46,416 nucleotides of DNA from a virus (taxonomy: Duplodnaviria > Caudoviricetes): the IMG/VR virus record IMGVR_UViG_3300020042_004802, positions 1 to 46,416 of that record. One strand, given 5' to 3'. Under the pieces are notes generated by a model, which made no database searches, was not told the DNA's origin, and saw only the letters and a program-made list of their open reading frames with translations. Positions 9,323-19,768 of the stretch are shown here, one piece after another (within the stretch, counting starts at the first letter, position 1; every line of letters starts with the position of its first letter). A program made the translations under genes and the position numbers.

Positions 9323-12300
9323 ATGGCTGATTTCGAATTACCAGAACTTCCTTCAGAATTTCTTGACCAACCTATAAATGAAACACAAGGAGGCATTGAA
9401 CAAATAGCTGCTAACATACAGCAAAGCTTTCCTGCCGGTCAAAAAAAAAAGCCTATGGCATCGTCTGGGGCAAGTGGTTCTTCGGTCTCTGCGAGCAATA
9501 AAAAGAAGTCTTTACAAGATTTATTTGTAAAAGATAAGTCAAAAGAAGCTGAAATTCGTAAGAGATTAGGAATTGAAGAGGGAGATATTGCCCCAAAAAC
9601 ATCTGTAGCTGTATCTACTGGCATTACTCAAAAGCCAGCAGCAAAAGCTCCTTCAACTGATTTTAAAATCACAAAGCCAGCTGTAGAAACAGCTATGCCT
9701 TCGGATCGTCCTACAGCAGATGTTGTAGAGCAGACCCCATTTGTAATGACGAAATCTGCTGGAGAGGTTAATATGCCAGCTCCAGGGCGTGAAACAATTG
9801 CCTCAGAAAGCACCGGTTTAGCGCCACAAATTCCCATCAAAAAATATGAGTCTCCTGTGCTTAGCGCTTTATCAGAAGATAAGGTAAAAGAAATTGAAGA
9901 ACAGCAAAAGCGTGTAGCATCAGCTTATTCTGTAATGAATTTTGATAAAGCAATAGGTCAAGCATCTGGAACAGGCGGAGAGTTAATAAATATGCTACTT
10001 CCTCGAGCATTTAAATCTGGAGGATTGGGCATTATGGGCTCTTTACTAAGCGCATCTGCTACAGCATTGAAGCTATTCGACTCAGCTGCAACTGGTATTG
10101 GAGAGGGAATCTTTAAATTAATTGGAGCCGACGAATTAATTGAAGCAAATGATTATGCAAAGACAAACGCATTTAGTGGAGCCCCAGCAACAAAAAAGCT
10201 TTTTGAATTAGGACAAATGTCTCAAGAACTTAGTAGCGCTCAAATGGCAGCTGCTGAGGTTAATTCAGGCATATCAGATAAAAACGTCGGGAAAGATCCA
10301 GTTGCATTATTAACATCCCCTCAAGAAGGAGATTTTATGGATGGAATGACAAAGCTAGGGTTGTCTGTTGTTCAGCAAATACCAAATTTGCTTGCTATTA
10401 CTGCTACAGGAAGCGTAATTGTACCTACAGCAATACTTGAGGGAGGATCTAATTTAACTGAAGAGTACAAGAAAGACCAAGATATTTCCGCAGCAGATGG
10501 AATTACTGCAACCGCAAAAGGTATTGCTGCCGGTTTTATTGAGAATATATTCCTTACAGATATTAAAGCATTAAAAGCTGCCGGCGCCGCTATAGGAGAA
10601 GTATCTTTTACTGGAGCTAAACAACAATTAAAGAAAGTATTTGAAGAAAAAGGAGAGGACGGAGTAAGGGATTTAATTAGTAGAACATACGGATCTGCAA
10701 TAAAGAAAGCCCTTAAAGGATCTGCAGGAGAAAGCATTGAAGAGATCCTTACTGAGGTAAGTAACTTTACTATTGATACTATTAGAAGCGGTAAATTTGA
10801 TTCAAATAAATTTAATGAATCATTAGACAAAGCGGCTAATGCTGGTTTAATTGGATTTGCTACAGGTGGAGTAATTAGCGGACCGGTTATGATGGCATCT
10901 GTTGAGCCGTTAACCTTTGATCAAAAGCGCAAAGTTGTAGAGTTTAACAAGATTGCGGCGGATCCATCATTATCAGAAGAGGTTCGCAAGACAGCCCAGA
11001 TTCAAGCAAATAAAATTGTTAAGGAGAATGCAGATAAGACGACTGCTAAGTACGATCTATTAATTGCAATGGATCCTAAAAGCAGAAAAGAAGCCCTAAC
11101 AAAGATGACTGAGATTAGGAAGATGGAAGCTGATCTAGAAAAGATCACAGATCCGGATCTTCAGAAATCTTTACAGGATAACCTTGATAAAAAGAAAGAA
11201 GAGCTAAATGTAATGCAAACAAAGCAACTCTTCAAAGAGATGCAAAAGAAAGCAAAGGAACAAGCAGAAAAAGCTCCTACTGCTATGCAAGGTGCAGAGC
11301 CGGCGCAAGCTCCTACAGCTCCTTTAGAAGTAGACCATACTCAAGATCAAAGTGCAGAACCTATTTTAGAGGGTAAATCTAAACAACAGGTTAAAGAAAT
11401 TGCTCAGTTTGACAAAGCCCTTAAATCAATCGATCCTAAGGCAAAACTTGTATTGGTTAACAGCGAAGAAGCTTTTGCAAAAGAGCTTGAGAAATTTCAT
11501 TCTCCAGAAAAAGCAAGAGACTTGGCACAAGGATCTGCAGGTACATTTGCAGCTAATCAAGATGGGACAAACCCTACTGTAATTGTTAATACGACTTTAG
11601 CAGATAAAAGTACTTATGGTCACGAAGTATTTCACTTAGCAGTAACAAGTCTAGCGGCAAAGAGTCCAGCTAAGTTTGTTGAAATGCAAAAGAAAATCTT
11701 AGACGTCTTAAGTAAATCAGACTCTAAGAAATTATCTGATTTTGCAAGCGCATATGACTTCTCTACATTAACAGAAAAGGGTCAAGAGCAAAGACGTGCA
11801 GAAGAGTTTTTAAGTGAACTAGCTGGTAGATTAACATCTCGTGAGGTTAGATTGCAAAGAACAATGCTTCAAGATATTGCAAACATTATACACGACTTCA
11901 TTAAATTATTTAACATTAAAGCTCTTAATGACCTGGCAGACAAGTACTTAGGCAAGTATGCTGAGACAGAAGAATTAGCAAAGTTCTTTGAAGGATTTGC
12001 AAAATCTATGCAGAAGGGCAAGAAGATTGATGTGTCTTATTTAGATAGCAAACCTGTTGTATTAAATGAAACACAAAAAGCTCGCCTAGAAGGATTAATT
12101 CCAGGTACAGAAGCTTACCAGGAAGCGTCTCGCTTAAATGCTATTCAGCCAACTGATTTAACATTTGATCCACAGTTGAATAACGCGGCAATTGTTGATA
12201 GTGATGCTGACGTAACAAGACAACAGCTTAAAGAGGGTAACTTAACAGATACACCTGAGTTTAAGAAGTACCAAAAGACCGTCAAAGGCTTGGGTCTTGA

Positions 12301-15300
12301 TGACGTTTGGTTGGCGCGCGCTTTATTTAGTGAGGAAGCCCGTGGGAATAAATTATATTCTTACGGAACTAAAGAAGAAATCATCCAAAAGATGCAGGAT
12401 GAGTTATTTGAAATTAAGGCTGCAGCAACAGAAAGTAATAAATACTACTTGACTACTCTTTATCCCCCTTACATCCAAAGTCAGATTGATAAATTTACTA
12501 GAGAGAATGCTGTTGACTTAAGAACTCAATGGGAAATGATTCGTGATTCAGAGTCATCTAGAAAACAATTTATTGATCAGACAGCTGCAATTCAAAAATC
12601 AGATTTATTAGCCAACCTTAACTATTTAATTGGGAATAATGACTATAGCGTTCCATTTCAGTACGCAATAGTTAAAGATATTATTGGTAATAGATATGAG
12701 ATTACCGATGCTGAAGCACAAGAAGTTTCTCGTAAATCAATAAAGCCATCTCAATACAATACTACCGAACGATCATTTAATACAGTTCAACCTGATGTGG
12801 CGGCTCTTGTTTACAATGATTATGGCAATAAATTAGCTAATGCTGGAGAAGCATATCAATACGCATCATTAAATAAACCTAAGGTTGAGTTAGAATATTC
12901 TGAATTAAAAACTTATATATTTAAAGAAAGTTCTACAGGAGAAGGAACTTGGCTTAAATTCCCTCAAGGGAATAACCCCGCGGCTGCGGAAGCTTTGTAT
13001 AAGATTGCTAACACGTCTCATAAATACCCAGCTAAATGGTGCACAGGCGGGTCTGTTGGGACAGCAGCATCTCAATTGCGTGATGGGGATTTTTATGTAT
13101 TTGTTGATGGTAAAACTGGAGATGCTAGAATTGCTATAAGATATAATGGTAATAATAAAATTGCTGAATTAAGAGGATTAGGCGAAGGACAATCTATTAC
13201 TGCTACTGATGATGCAGTATTAAAAGAAGTTGTAGATACATTACCAGATGGTAAATCTTACGCAAAAGATGCTAAAGCACAAGAGGTTGGAACGCATCTT
13301 CTTGATCAATTAGATCCTGATCTTAAATATATTGTATCAACAAGTCCAATAGGAGATTTTTCTAAGCCGGTTCCAGAATTTGAGAAAGGGATATTAGCTT
13401 TGGCAGATAAATATGATATTGAAACATTATTAGATATCCTTGAAACGCCAGATAGATCATATGGCAACAACAATTATTTATTAAAAAATATACAAGCAGG
13501 AGTAACTAATTACATCGAAAAACTATCTGATAAATTTGGATTAGGCGAAAATGCGATTTATATAGCTCCATCTAATGGCGCGCGAGAAATAGGTAAATTA
13601 GATACACTAAAAATTAAATACCACATAGGATCTTTAACTGTTAATGGAGAAGAATCAGCATTCCCTGAATTAATAAAAGTTTCCAAAGGAGGAATTCGCT
13701 TATTTACTAGCAATTTGGTTAATATGCCTAAATTAAAGTCCACACAAGGAATAAATTTTTCTGATTTTGGAAGATTAATTGCGAATGAATTAGAAGGATC
13801 TATTGAAATATCACAAGATTACAATACAAACCTTTATCAGGAATATTATTTTGAAGCTAAGAAATTAAATGAAATTTTATTTGATGAATTTGTTTTGCCG
13901 GAAAATTCTGTACTTGATATCCCGTCAGTGAAAAATCTTGGTAAAATAAAAAACTGGGGGGGAAATGCGCAATTACGCATTAAGGATGGTAAATTAATTG
14001 CAAATAGTTTAGAATCAATTAATGCATCATTATATGTTAATTTAAAAAAATCTACTTTCCCTGATTCGGCAATTATTCCAAATTTAAAGTCTATTAGTGA
14101 ACTTGAGATTGAGGGAGATCTTGATTTAAATGAAAATAAGGTTGTAGATTTACCTAATATTGAATCAATAAAATATGGTATATACGCCGGAGGTAAAATT
14201 GATTTAAATTTACCAAATCTAATATCCAATGATGACCATCAAACAATTATTAGTATAACAAATAATTCAAAATTAAATGCAAATAAATTCGCTGGAACTG
14301 TATTATCTATTAGGGCTGTAGATAATAGTGAAATAAATTTGAATTCTGTTAAAATGACAGATCAAATTGTTTTACAGAAAGAAAGCACATTAAACGTTAA
14401 TAATCTAGAACAAGCATTAAAATTAATCAGAGTAAGTCAATCTTCTAAATTAAACGCAGATAGAGTACAAACAATTGGGCAATTAGAAGTCGAAAAAAAT
14501 TCACATTTAGTATTACCTTCTTTAGAGAGAGTATTGGAAAATACTTTTCTTAACGGGGGGGCTTCCTTAAAACTACCTAAAGCAACTACACTTGGTCTTA
14601 ATTCTACCGAATCAACTAAATTAGTTGGAGAATCTAGTTTAGAAGTGCCAAGTCTATTGACTATCCCAGGGTGGCTAATAATAGACGAAGCATCTAAATT
14701 TTCTGCGGATAAATTAACTCAAATTGGCGGTAAAATACGCATATCTGATGGATCAAATATAACTCTTCCTGAATTAACTAAAGCCAGAAGTGTCTCTGTT
14801 ACAGCAAATGGTGTATTAAATGCTCCTAAATTAAAAGAAGTAAGCAAGTTACCTAGACTTGAAATTCTTGATATTGACCTTAGCCCGTATAATGAAGGAA
14901 CGTTAATCGCTCCCCTATTAGGATATTTAGACCCTAACGAATCTATCACTCGCCAGCAAATCACAAGACTTGCTCCAAACGGTAAACCATCTAACTTAGA
15001 TGAGAAGCAGTATGCTACAGTTCGCACTCCACAATTCAAAGACTGGTTTGGAGATTGGGAGAATGATCCAGAAAACGCATCTAAGTTTGTTGACGAAAAT
15101 GGAGAACCTCAAGTAATATATCACGGAACAAACGCCGAGTTTGATCAATTTAATTTAGAGCAAAAACGTTTTGGAGTACACGACAAAGGAATCTTCTTTA
15201 CGCCAGAATTATCTGCTGCAAAACAATATGGAGATATCCAGATGCCAGTATTCTTAAGCGCTAAAAATTTAGACTTTAGCACAATGGATCGCAATGATTC

Positions 15301-18300
15301 ATTTAAGCAATTGCGCGCTAAAGAAAATGAGTTATTAAATAACACTACTGCAGAAGGTGTTGTATTGACTACTAGTGATAAGGAAGGATCTAACGTTAAA
15401 CAGTTTGTAGTATTTGATCCTAATCAAGCAAAATCTGCTACAGGTAACAACGGTTCATTCAGCACAGAATCGGACAACATACGCCAACAAAAGGCTAACC
15501 TTTGGGACGGTACTAGATCAGCAAGAAAGGTAGTTGAAGATAAGGCTAAAGAAAAGAAGAACTTAAGATCTTTAGCGCTACCTAAGAATATCTACAAAGA
15601 ATTATTCGAAAGAAACGCGAATATTGCGGATGCATTAAGAGATGCCGGGATGGAAGAAACATTCTATATGCTTTACAATAAAGCAGGAGCGACTCCATAT
15701 GCTACTCGTAAATTTGGCGAGGCTCAATTAGAAATCTTTGGCAAGTTAAGTAAGGCTGAAAAGAATTACTTAAATGACATTGCTCAATTAAGACGTGTAA
15801 TTGCTGTTGATACTAACTTTGAAAACAGAATTGCAGACCAGAAAAAGAATGGATTAAAAGAAGGAGAGAAAGCTCTTGAAATGCCTAAGCATCCTAAGTT
15901 TAATGAATACGGTACTGGTGCCGAAATCGATAATAATAAAAGTGTTGCGCAAAAAGAGTTAGATAAACTTAAACAACACTTGGGCGATGAAGCATTCAAC
16001 AAAATTAATGATCGGGCTAATAAGTTATTTGGTGCATTTTCTGATATTCTTAAGTATAAATATGATAATGGGATGATTACCAAGGAGACTTATGATCTAT
16101 ATAAAGATTATGAGTATATCCCTCGTCAATTCTTGTTCGATATTGATTTAGAGGATATCCCTGCTACTGCATTTAATACTAGAGGAGTTACAATTACTAA
16201 AGAAGAACTTGCTAAGATCGGTCGTGGTAGCGATGACTTTGCAGAGGTAGATACTGAAAAGATGTTGAAGATGGCTATGATTGCCGCTCAGCATCGTGTG
16301 TTTACTAATCGCGCTATTCAGAATATGGCAAAGGAGCTGGGGGCAATAAGTGCTTCCGGAGGGAAACTTACTTGGTTAAAACCAGCTAACATTACTCAAT
16401 TAAAGAAAGGTGTTGATGCTTTAGAGAAAGATGGATCTCCTAAGATCGAAGGTGCTGATGATGGATTTAGAAATATGTTCTATAAGAAAGATGGCAAAAG
16501 ATTTGCTGTTCAACTTAAAGAGGCATACGCTAAAGAATTCTATGATGAGCAATTATATGATACAGCTAATGCTTGGTATAAGCTTGCAACTAATGTATTA
16601 GGAGCTAAGGTTACCCAGACAATGGCTGTAGGCGCTAACCCATTCTTTGTGTTAAGAAACATCCCTGTCGATATCTTATCTCAAGTATATTACAATAACA
16701 TTTACAGCGGACACGGATTAGGCGTTACGGCTCAGATGGCTAAAGGTTTTGGAAGTACATTTAGTATTATGGCTAAGATGGCTAAAGCTAGTTCTAAGAT
16801 TGGGGACAATTCTGAAATACTTAACTTAATTAAAGAGTATGGAGAAGCTGGAGGCTTGATGACAACTCAGACAGATGATTCTACTTACTTAGGTAAGGTT
16901 GGCGATGTGTTAGGTTATTTAGGTAACGTATCTGAAATAGCGGCTAAATTAGCAGCCTACACTAATGTTAAAAGTGATTTAATTAAATCTTATAAGAAAA
17001 GCAACGGAACAGATCCTGATGCAGATGCATTAAAAAGAATTCAATTGGAGGCAGCTTACAAAGCCAGATCCGCTATGGACTTTAACCGTGGTGGTTTGGC
17101 TACTAAGTTTGGTAATGGTTTCTTGCCTTTCTTTAATATTCAATTCCAAGTAGCTAAGATTTCAGCTAGTTATGTAAAAAATAATAAAGTTAAATTCTTT
17201 AATAAGATCTCTCAATCAATGGGACTTATTGCAGGAGTAACATTATATAATATGCTTGTTGCTGGAGCGGATTGGGAGAATAAAGATCTTAAACGCGACA
17301 AGGAAACAAAGCTTATATTTATGAATCCGTTTGGCAAAAATGCTGATGGTACATTAAGTTATACTGCTATTCAAGTTCCAGCTCCGGTTAAATTCTTCTG
17401 GAACATTGCACAGAATATTGCCGAGACCATTCATTATCAAATGAATGGAATGACGCCTCCTACAGAAGATCGCGATAAGTTAGATGCATTTAGAGCAGAG
17501 TTTAAAAAATACTTGCCTAATTTAAAATCTACCTTAATGCCTCCTACATTTAAGGCTATTTCAGAGTACTTAGATAACGAAGATTATTTCTATGGAAGAA
17601 AGCTTAGTCAAGATCATTTAAAAAATATCTTCTTTTCTCAAGAAGGAGCTGAAAATGAAAACATCTTGACAATGTATAAAGTATTGTTCCAAGGTTTAGA
17701 AAAGAATACTGGATTTGGGCTGTCTCCGGAAAGATTCCAGAAAGCTTCAGAAGCAATTATTACGACTCCAGAGTACAATGCTTTAGTATCTACAATGTAT
17801 GCTGCAGCTGAATGGATGGGAGATAAAGCTTATAATGGAATGTATGGAGAAGGAATTAATCCTAAATTAAAATCTAAGTATTTAACTGGAGATTATTCTA
17901 ATGCAATGGGAGCATTCTTTAAAAGTGGTATTGGTACAATGTTTAAAGCAACCGATGCTAAAAAGAATGAAACTCTTAGTGATTTTGAAAAAGAGCAACA
18001 ATTAAAAGATTTAATCGACTACGAAAACAAGCGTATTAATACAGATAGAATTCAAGTAACGCGCGACATTAAGCGCATTATTAAAGAAGCTAAATCTGAT
18101 AAAATTGATCTTAGATTAGAAGAACAAACGTTCAAGAATTATATCAAAGGATTAGAGACTAGTGATGCAAAAAAATATGCAAGCAGCTACGTTAAGATGT
18201 TAATTGAAAAGGATGGGGTAGAATTAAAAGACAATATCCCTACTTATCTAAACATTTTATACAATGCTACTAGTCCAGAAGCGCAAGCAATTGCTTTGAA

Positions 18301-18466
18301 GAAAGCGTTTGGAGATGCAATTTATTACGATACAATGTTAAGAAAGGATCTAAATAAGGTTGGATTTGAGAATGCTGCCGCAAGAAAAGTTAAAGAAATA
18401 CAAGTTAAGAGTTCCGTAAAAGATACTACTTCCGCTTTACCAGAACTACCAGCAGATTTTAAATAG
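9323..18466 (+). CDS. Giant polyvalent virion/ejection protein: zincin-like metallopeptidase, WCT-motif domain plus LRR-like repeats, ADP-ribosyltransferase-like (ART-PolyVal type) domain, LPD38-like C-terminus
   Basis: 3047 aa. GHEVFH at nt 11618-11635 with downstream AEEF; KWCTGG; repeated LPxLxxI units ~13.6-14.9 kb; VRTPQFKDWFGDW...GEPQVIYHGT...GIFFT...YG...PVFL...FVVFDPNQAKSATGNNGSFS; MDFNRGG...FLPFFN in the C-terminal region. Confidence 0.8.
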   Translation: MADFELPELPSEFLDQPINETQGGIEQIAANIQQSFPAGQKKKPMASSGASGSSVSASNKKKSLQDLFVKDKSKEAEIRKRLGIEEGDIAPKTSVAVSTGITQKPAAKAPSTDFKITKPAVETAMPSDRPTADVVEQTPFVMTKSAGEVNMPAPGRETIASESTGLAPQIPIKKYESPVLSALSEDKVKEIEEQQKRVASAYSVMNFDKAIGQASGTGGELINMLLPRAFKSGGLGIMGSLLSASATALKLFDSAATGIGEGIFKLIGADELIEANDYAKTNAFSGAPATKKLFELGQMSQELSSAQMAAAEVNSGISDKNVGKDPVALLTSPQEGDFMDGMTKLGLSVVQQIPNLLAITATGSVIVPTAILEGGSNLTEEYKKDQDISAADGITATAKGIAAGFIENIFLTDIKALKAAGAAIGEVSFTGAKQQLKKVFEEKGEDGVRDLISRTYGSAIKKALKGSAGESIEEILTEVSNFTIDTIRSGKFDSNKFNESLDKAANAGLIGFATGGVISGPVMMASVEPLTFDQKRKVVEFNKIAADPSLSEEVRKTAQIQANKIVKENADKTTAKYDLLIAMDPKSRKEALTKMTEIRKMEADLEKITDPDLQKSLQDNLDKKKEELNVMQTKQLFKEMQKKAKEQAEKAPTAMQGAEPAQAPTAPLEVDHTQDQSAEPILEGKSKQQVKEIAQFDKALKSIDPKAKLVLVNSEEAFAKELEKFHSPEKARDLAQGSAGTFAANQDGTNPTVIVNTTLADKSTYGHEVFHLAVTSLAAKSPAKFVEMQKKILDVLSKSDSKKLSDFASAYDFSTLTEKGQEQRRAEEFLSELAGRLTSREVRLQRTMLQDIANIIHDFIKLFNIKALNDLADKYLGKYAETEELAKFFEGFAKSMQKGKKIDVSYLDSKPVVLNETQKARLEGLIPGTEAYQEASRLNAIQPTDLTFDPQLNNAAIVDSDADVTRQQLKEGNLTDTPEFKKYQKTVKGLGLDDVWLARALFSEEARGNKLYSYGTKEEIIQKMQDELFEIKAAATESNKYYLTTLYPPYIQSQIDKFTRENAVDLRTQWEMIRDSESSRKQFIDQTAAIQKSDLLANLNYLIGNNDYSVPFQYAIVKDIIGNRYEITDAEAQEVSRKSIKPSQYNTTERSFNTVQPDVAALVYNDYGNKLANAGEAYQYASLNKPKVELEYSELKTYIFKESSTGEGTWLKFPQGNNPAAAEALYKIANTSHKYPAKWCTGGSVGTAASQLRDGDFYVFVDGKTGDARIAIRYNGNNKIAELRGLGEGQSITATDDAVLKEVVDTLPDGKSYAKDAKAQEVGTHLLDQLDPDLKYIVSTSPIGDFSKPVPEFEKGILALADKYDIETLLDILETPDRSYGNNNYLLKNIQAGVTNYIEKLSDKFGLGENAIYIAPSNGAREIGKLDTLKIKYHIGSLTVNGEESAFPELIKVSKGGIRLFTSNLVNMPKLKSTQGINFSDFGRLIANELEGSIEISQDYNTNLYQEYYFEAKKLNEILFDEFVLPENSVLDIPSVKNLGKIKNWGGNAQLRIKDGKLIANSLESINASLYVNLKKSTFPDSAIIPNLKSISELEIEGDLDLNENKVVDLPNIESIKYGIYAGGKIDLNLPNLISNDDHQTIISITNNSKLNANKFAGTVLSIRAVDNSEINLNSVKMTDQIVLQKESTLNVNNLEQALKLIRVSQSSKLNADRVQTIGQLEVEKNSHLVLPSLERVLENTFLNGGASLKLPKATTLGLNSTESTKLVGESSLEVPSLLTIPGWLIIDEASKFSADKLTQIGGKIRISDGSNITLPELTKARSVSVTANGVLNAPKLKEVSKLPRLEILDIDLSPYNEGTLIAPLLGYLDPNESITRQQITRLAPNGKPSNLDEKQYATVRTPQFKDWFGDWENDPENASKFVDENGEPQVIYHGTNAEFDQFNLEQKRFGVHDKGIFFTPELSAAKQYGDIQMPVFLSAKNLDFSTMDRNDSFKQLRAKENELLNNTTAEGVVLTTSDKEGSNVKQFVVFDPNQAKSATGNNGSFSTESDNIRQQKANLWDGTRSARKVVEDKAKEKKNLRSLALPKNIYKELFERNANIADALRDAGMEETFYMLYNKAGATPYATRKFGEAQLEIFGKLSKAEKNYLNDIAQLRRVIAVDTNFENRIADQKKNGLKEGEKALEMPKHPKFNEYGTGAEIDNNKSVAQKELDKLKQHLGDEAFNKINDRANKLFGAFSDILKYKYDNGMITKETYDLYKDYEYIPRQFLFDIDLEDIPATAFNTRGVTITKEELAKIGRGSDDFAEVDTEKMLKMAMIAAQHRVFTNRAIQNMAKELGAISASGGKLTWLKPANITQLKKGVDALEKDGSPKIEGADDGFRNMFYKKDGKRFAVQLKEAYAKEFYDEQLYDTANAWYKLATNVLGAKVTQTMAVGANPFFVLRNIPVDILSQVYYNNIYSGHGLGVTAQMAKGFGSTFSIMAKMAKASSKIGDNSEILNLIKEYGEAGGLMTTQTDDSTYLGKVGDVLGYLGNVSEIAAKLAAYTNVKSDLIKSYKKSNGTDPDADALKRIQLEAAYKARSAMDFNRGGLATKFGNGFLPFFNIQFQVAKISASYVKNNKVKFFNKISQSMGLIAGVTLYNMLVAGADWENKDLKRDKETKLIFMNPFGKNADGTLSYTAIQVPAPVKFFWNIAQNIAETIHYQMNGMTPPTEDRDKLDAFRAEFKKYLPNLKSTLMPPTFKAISEYLDNEDYFYGRKLSQDHLKNIFFSQEGAENENILTMYKVLFQGLEKNTGFGLSPERFQKASEAIITTPEYNALVSTMYAAAEWMGDKAYNGMYGEGINPKLKSKYLTGDYSNAMGAFFKSGIGTMFKATDAKKNETLSDFEKEQQLKDLIDYENKRINTDRIQVTRDIKRIIKEAKSDKIDLRLEEQTFKNYIKGLETSDAKKYASSYVKMLIEKDGVELKDNIPTYLNILYNATSPEAQAIALKKAFGDAIYYDTMLRKDLNKVGFENAAARKVKEIQVKSSVKDTTSALPELPADFK

Positions 18467-18474
18467 TAAATAAG

Positions 18475-18621
18475 ATGATAAAGAAAATAAAGGGAGGCTA
18501 CAAGTTAGTCTCCAAAACAACTGGAAAGAACCTTGGAACTGCTAAAACTAAAGCAGGTATAGAAAAACGTGAGAAACAAGTAAATTATTTTAAGTATCTT
18601 GCATCAAAAAATAAGAAATAA
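18475..18621 (+). CDS. Small basic protein (48 aa, MIKKIKGGYKLVSKTTGKNLGT...), not in ORF track
   Basis: Translated by hand; fills the gap between the giant gene and the ferritin-like gene. Confidence 0.7.
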   Translation: MIKKIKGGYKLVSKTTGKNLGTAKTKAGIEKREKQVNYFKYLASKNKK

Positions 18622-18624
18622 GTT

Positions 18625-19089
18625 ATGGCAAGTCTGTTAGAAATGCAAAAAGCTAAAAGAGCGACAGCTTTCGGTAGTTTAATGAATGATTATTCTCAGC
18701 CTTCATCCGAATCAGAAGGAGCAGAAAATCCTCAAGAAGAATTGTTATGCGAGATGTTAGAAGCATCTGCTCAGGCAAAAGTTTTCCATTGGCAAACTTC
18801 TTCTTTTGCAGAACACGAAGCATTAGGAGAATTCTATGAAGGATTTAATGAATTAATGGATAAGTTTATTGAGTCGTATCAAGGATGCTACGGTAGAATG
18901 ATGGTAGGATGCGATATGGAAGTTAAGCCATACACAATGGATGCTCCTGTCACTTTCTTAGAATCATTTAAATCTTATATATCGGGCGACGCTAGAATGT
19001 TTGTAATGGGTAATTCTGCTTTAACAAACATCTTAGATGAAATTAATGGATTAGTAGATCAAACAATTTATAGACTAACTTTTAAGTAA
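18625..19089 (+). CDS. Ferritin/Dps-like four-helix protein (DUF5856-like)
   Basis: QAKVFHWQTSSFAEHEALGEFYE...DKFIESYQG...NILDEI...TIYRLT pattern of phage Dps/ferritin-like proteins. Confidence 0.8.
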   Translation: MASLLEMQKAKRATAFGSLMNDYSQPSSESEGAENPQEELLCEMLEASAQAKVFHWQTSSFAEHEALGEFYEGFNELMDKFIESYQGCYGRMMVGCDMEVKPYTMDAPVTFLESFKSYISGDARMFVMGNSALTNILDEINGLVDQTIYRLTFK

Positions 19090-19093
19090 AAAA

Positions 19094-19294
19094 ATGGCAA
19101 AGCAAGAAAAACAAGAACCTGTATTAAGAGAAATGGAGCCAAAGGTAATTAAACGAATAGAATCTCCAACTCCGCTACCTAGAGAGAATACCATCAAGCA
19201 GATGCCAAAAAAAGAAACAGAATGGATATCTGTTGATTCGCAACGTGATACAGCAAATCCAACTCCTGGATTATCTTATAAATTAAGAAAATAA
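19094..19294 (+). CDS. Small hypothetical protein, probable paralogue of 19769-19975
   Basis: Ends PGLSYKLRK versus SGLEYKLSKK. Confidence 0.6.
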   Translation: MAKQEKQEPVLREMEPKVIKRIESPTPLPRENTIKQMPKKETEWISVDSQRDTANPTPGLSYKLRK

Positions 19295-19299
19295 GCAAG

Positions 19300-19446
19300 A
19301 TGAAAAATGGGTTATATGCTAATATTCACGCTAAGCGGGAACGAATTGAAGCTGGTTCTGGAGAAAAAATGAGAAAAGTTGGAAGCAAAGGTGCGCCAAC
19401 AGCAAAGCAATTTAAGCAGGCGGCTAAAACAGCTAAGAAAAAATGA
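19300..19446 (+). CDS. Small basic protein (48 aa, MKNGLYANIHAKRERIEAGSGEKMRKVGSKGAPT...), not in ORF track
   Basis: Translated by hand; ATGA overlap with next gene; resembles a widespread small phage protein type. Confidence 0.75.
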   Translation: MKNGLYANIHAKRERIEAGSGEKMRKVGSKGAPTAKQFKQAAKTAKKK

Positions 19447-19754
19447 TTAACGATTCAATAAAGAACAAGCTAGAGAAGTATGGTCTTTCGGGAATTAATA
19501 AGCCTAAGAGAAGTACTCATAACGGTAAGTCTCATATTGTCTTAGCTAAAGACGGAGACCAAATTAAGCTTATTCGCTTTGGTCAAGCAGGTGTTAAAAC
19601 GAATCAAACTGCAGGTCAGCGCGAGGCGTTTAAGTCTCGTCACGCAAAGAACATTGCTAAAGGTAAAATGAGTGCTGCTTATTGGGCAAATAAAGTTAAA
19701 TGGTCTCCAAGTAAGACAGCCTCCTCATCTAAAAAGTGGGTTAAAGGCTCATAA
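19443..19754 (+). CDS. Conserved basic phage protein
   Basis: KLIRFGQAG...FKSRHAKN...SAAYWANKVKW motif common in aquatic phages. Confidence 0.75.
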   Translation: MINDSIKNKLEKYGLSGINKPKRSTHNGKSHIVLAKDGDQIKLIRFGQAGVKTNQTAGQREAFKSRHAKNIAKGKMSAAYWANKVKWSPSKTASSSKKWVKGS

Positions 19755-19768
19755 TAAATATTAATACT

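Noticed and set aside
9323-18466. Giant protein as a crAss-type virion RNA polymerase
   Set aside because: No DxDxD catalytic motif in a polymerase-like context (FDIDLED does not fit); recognisable modules are polyvalent-protein domains.
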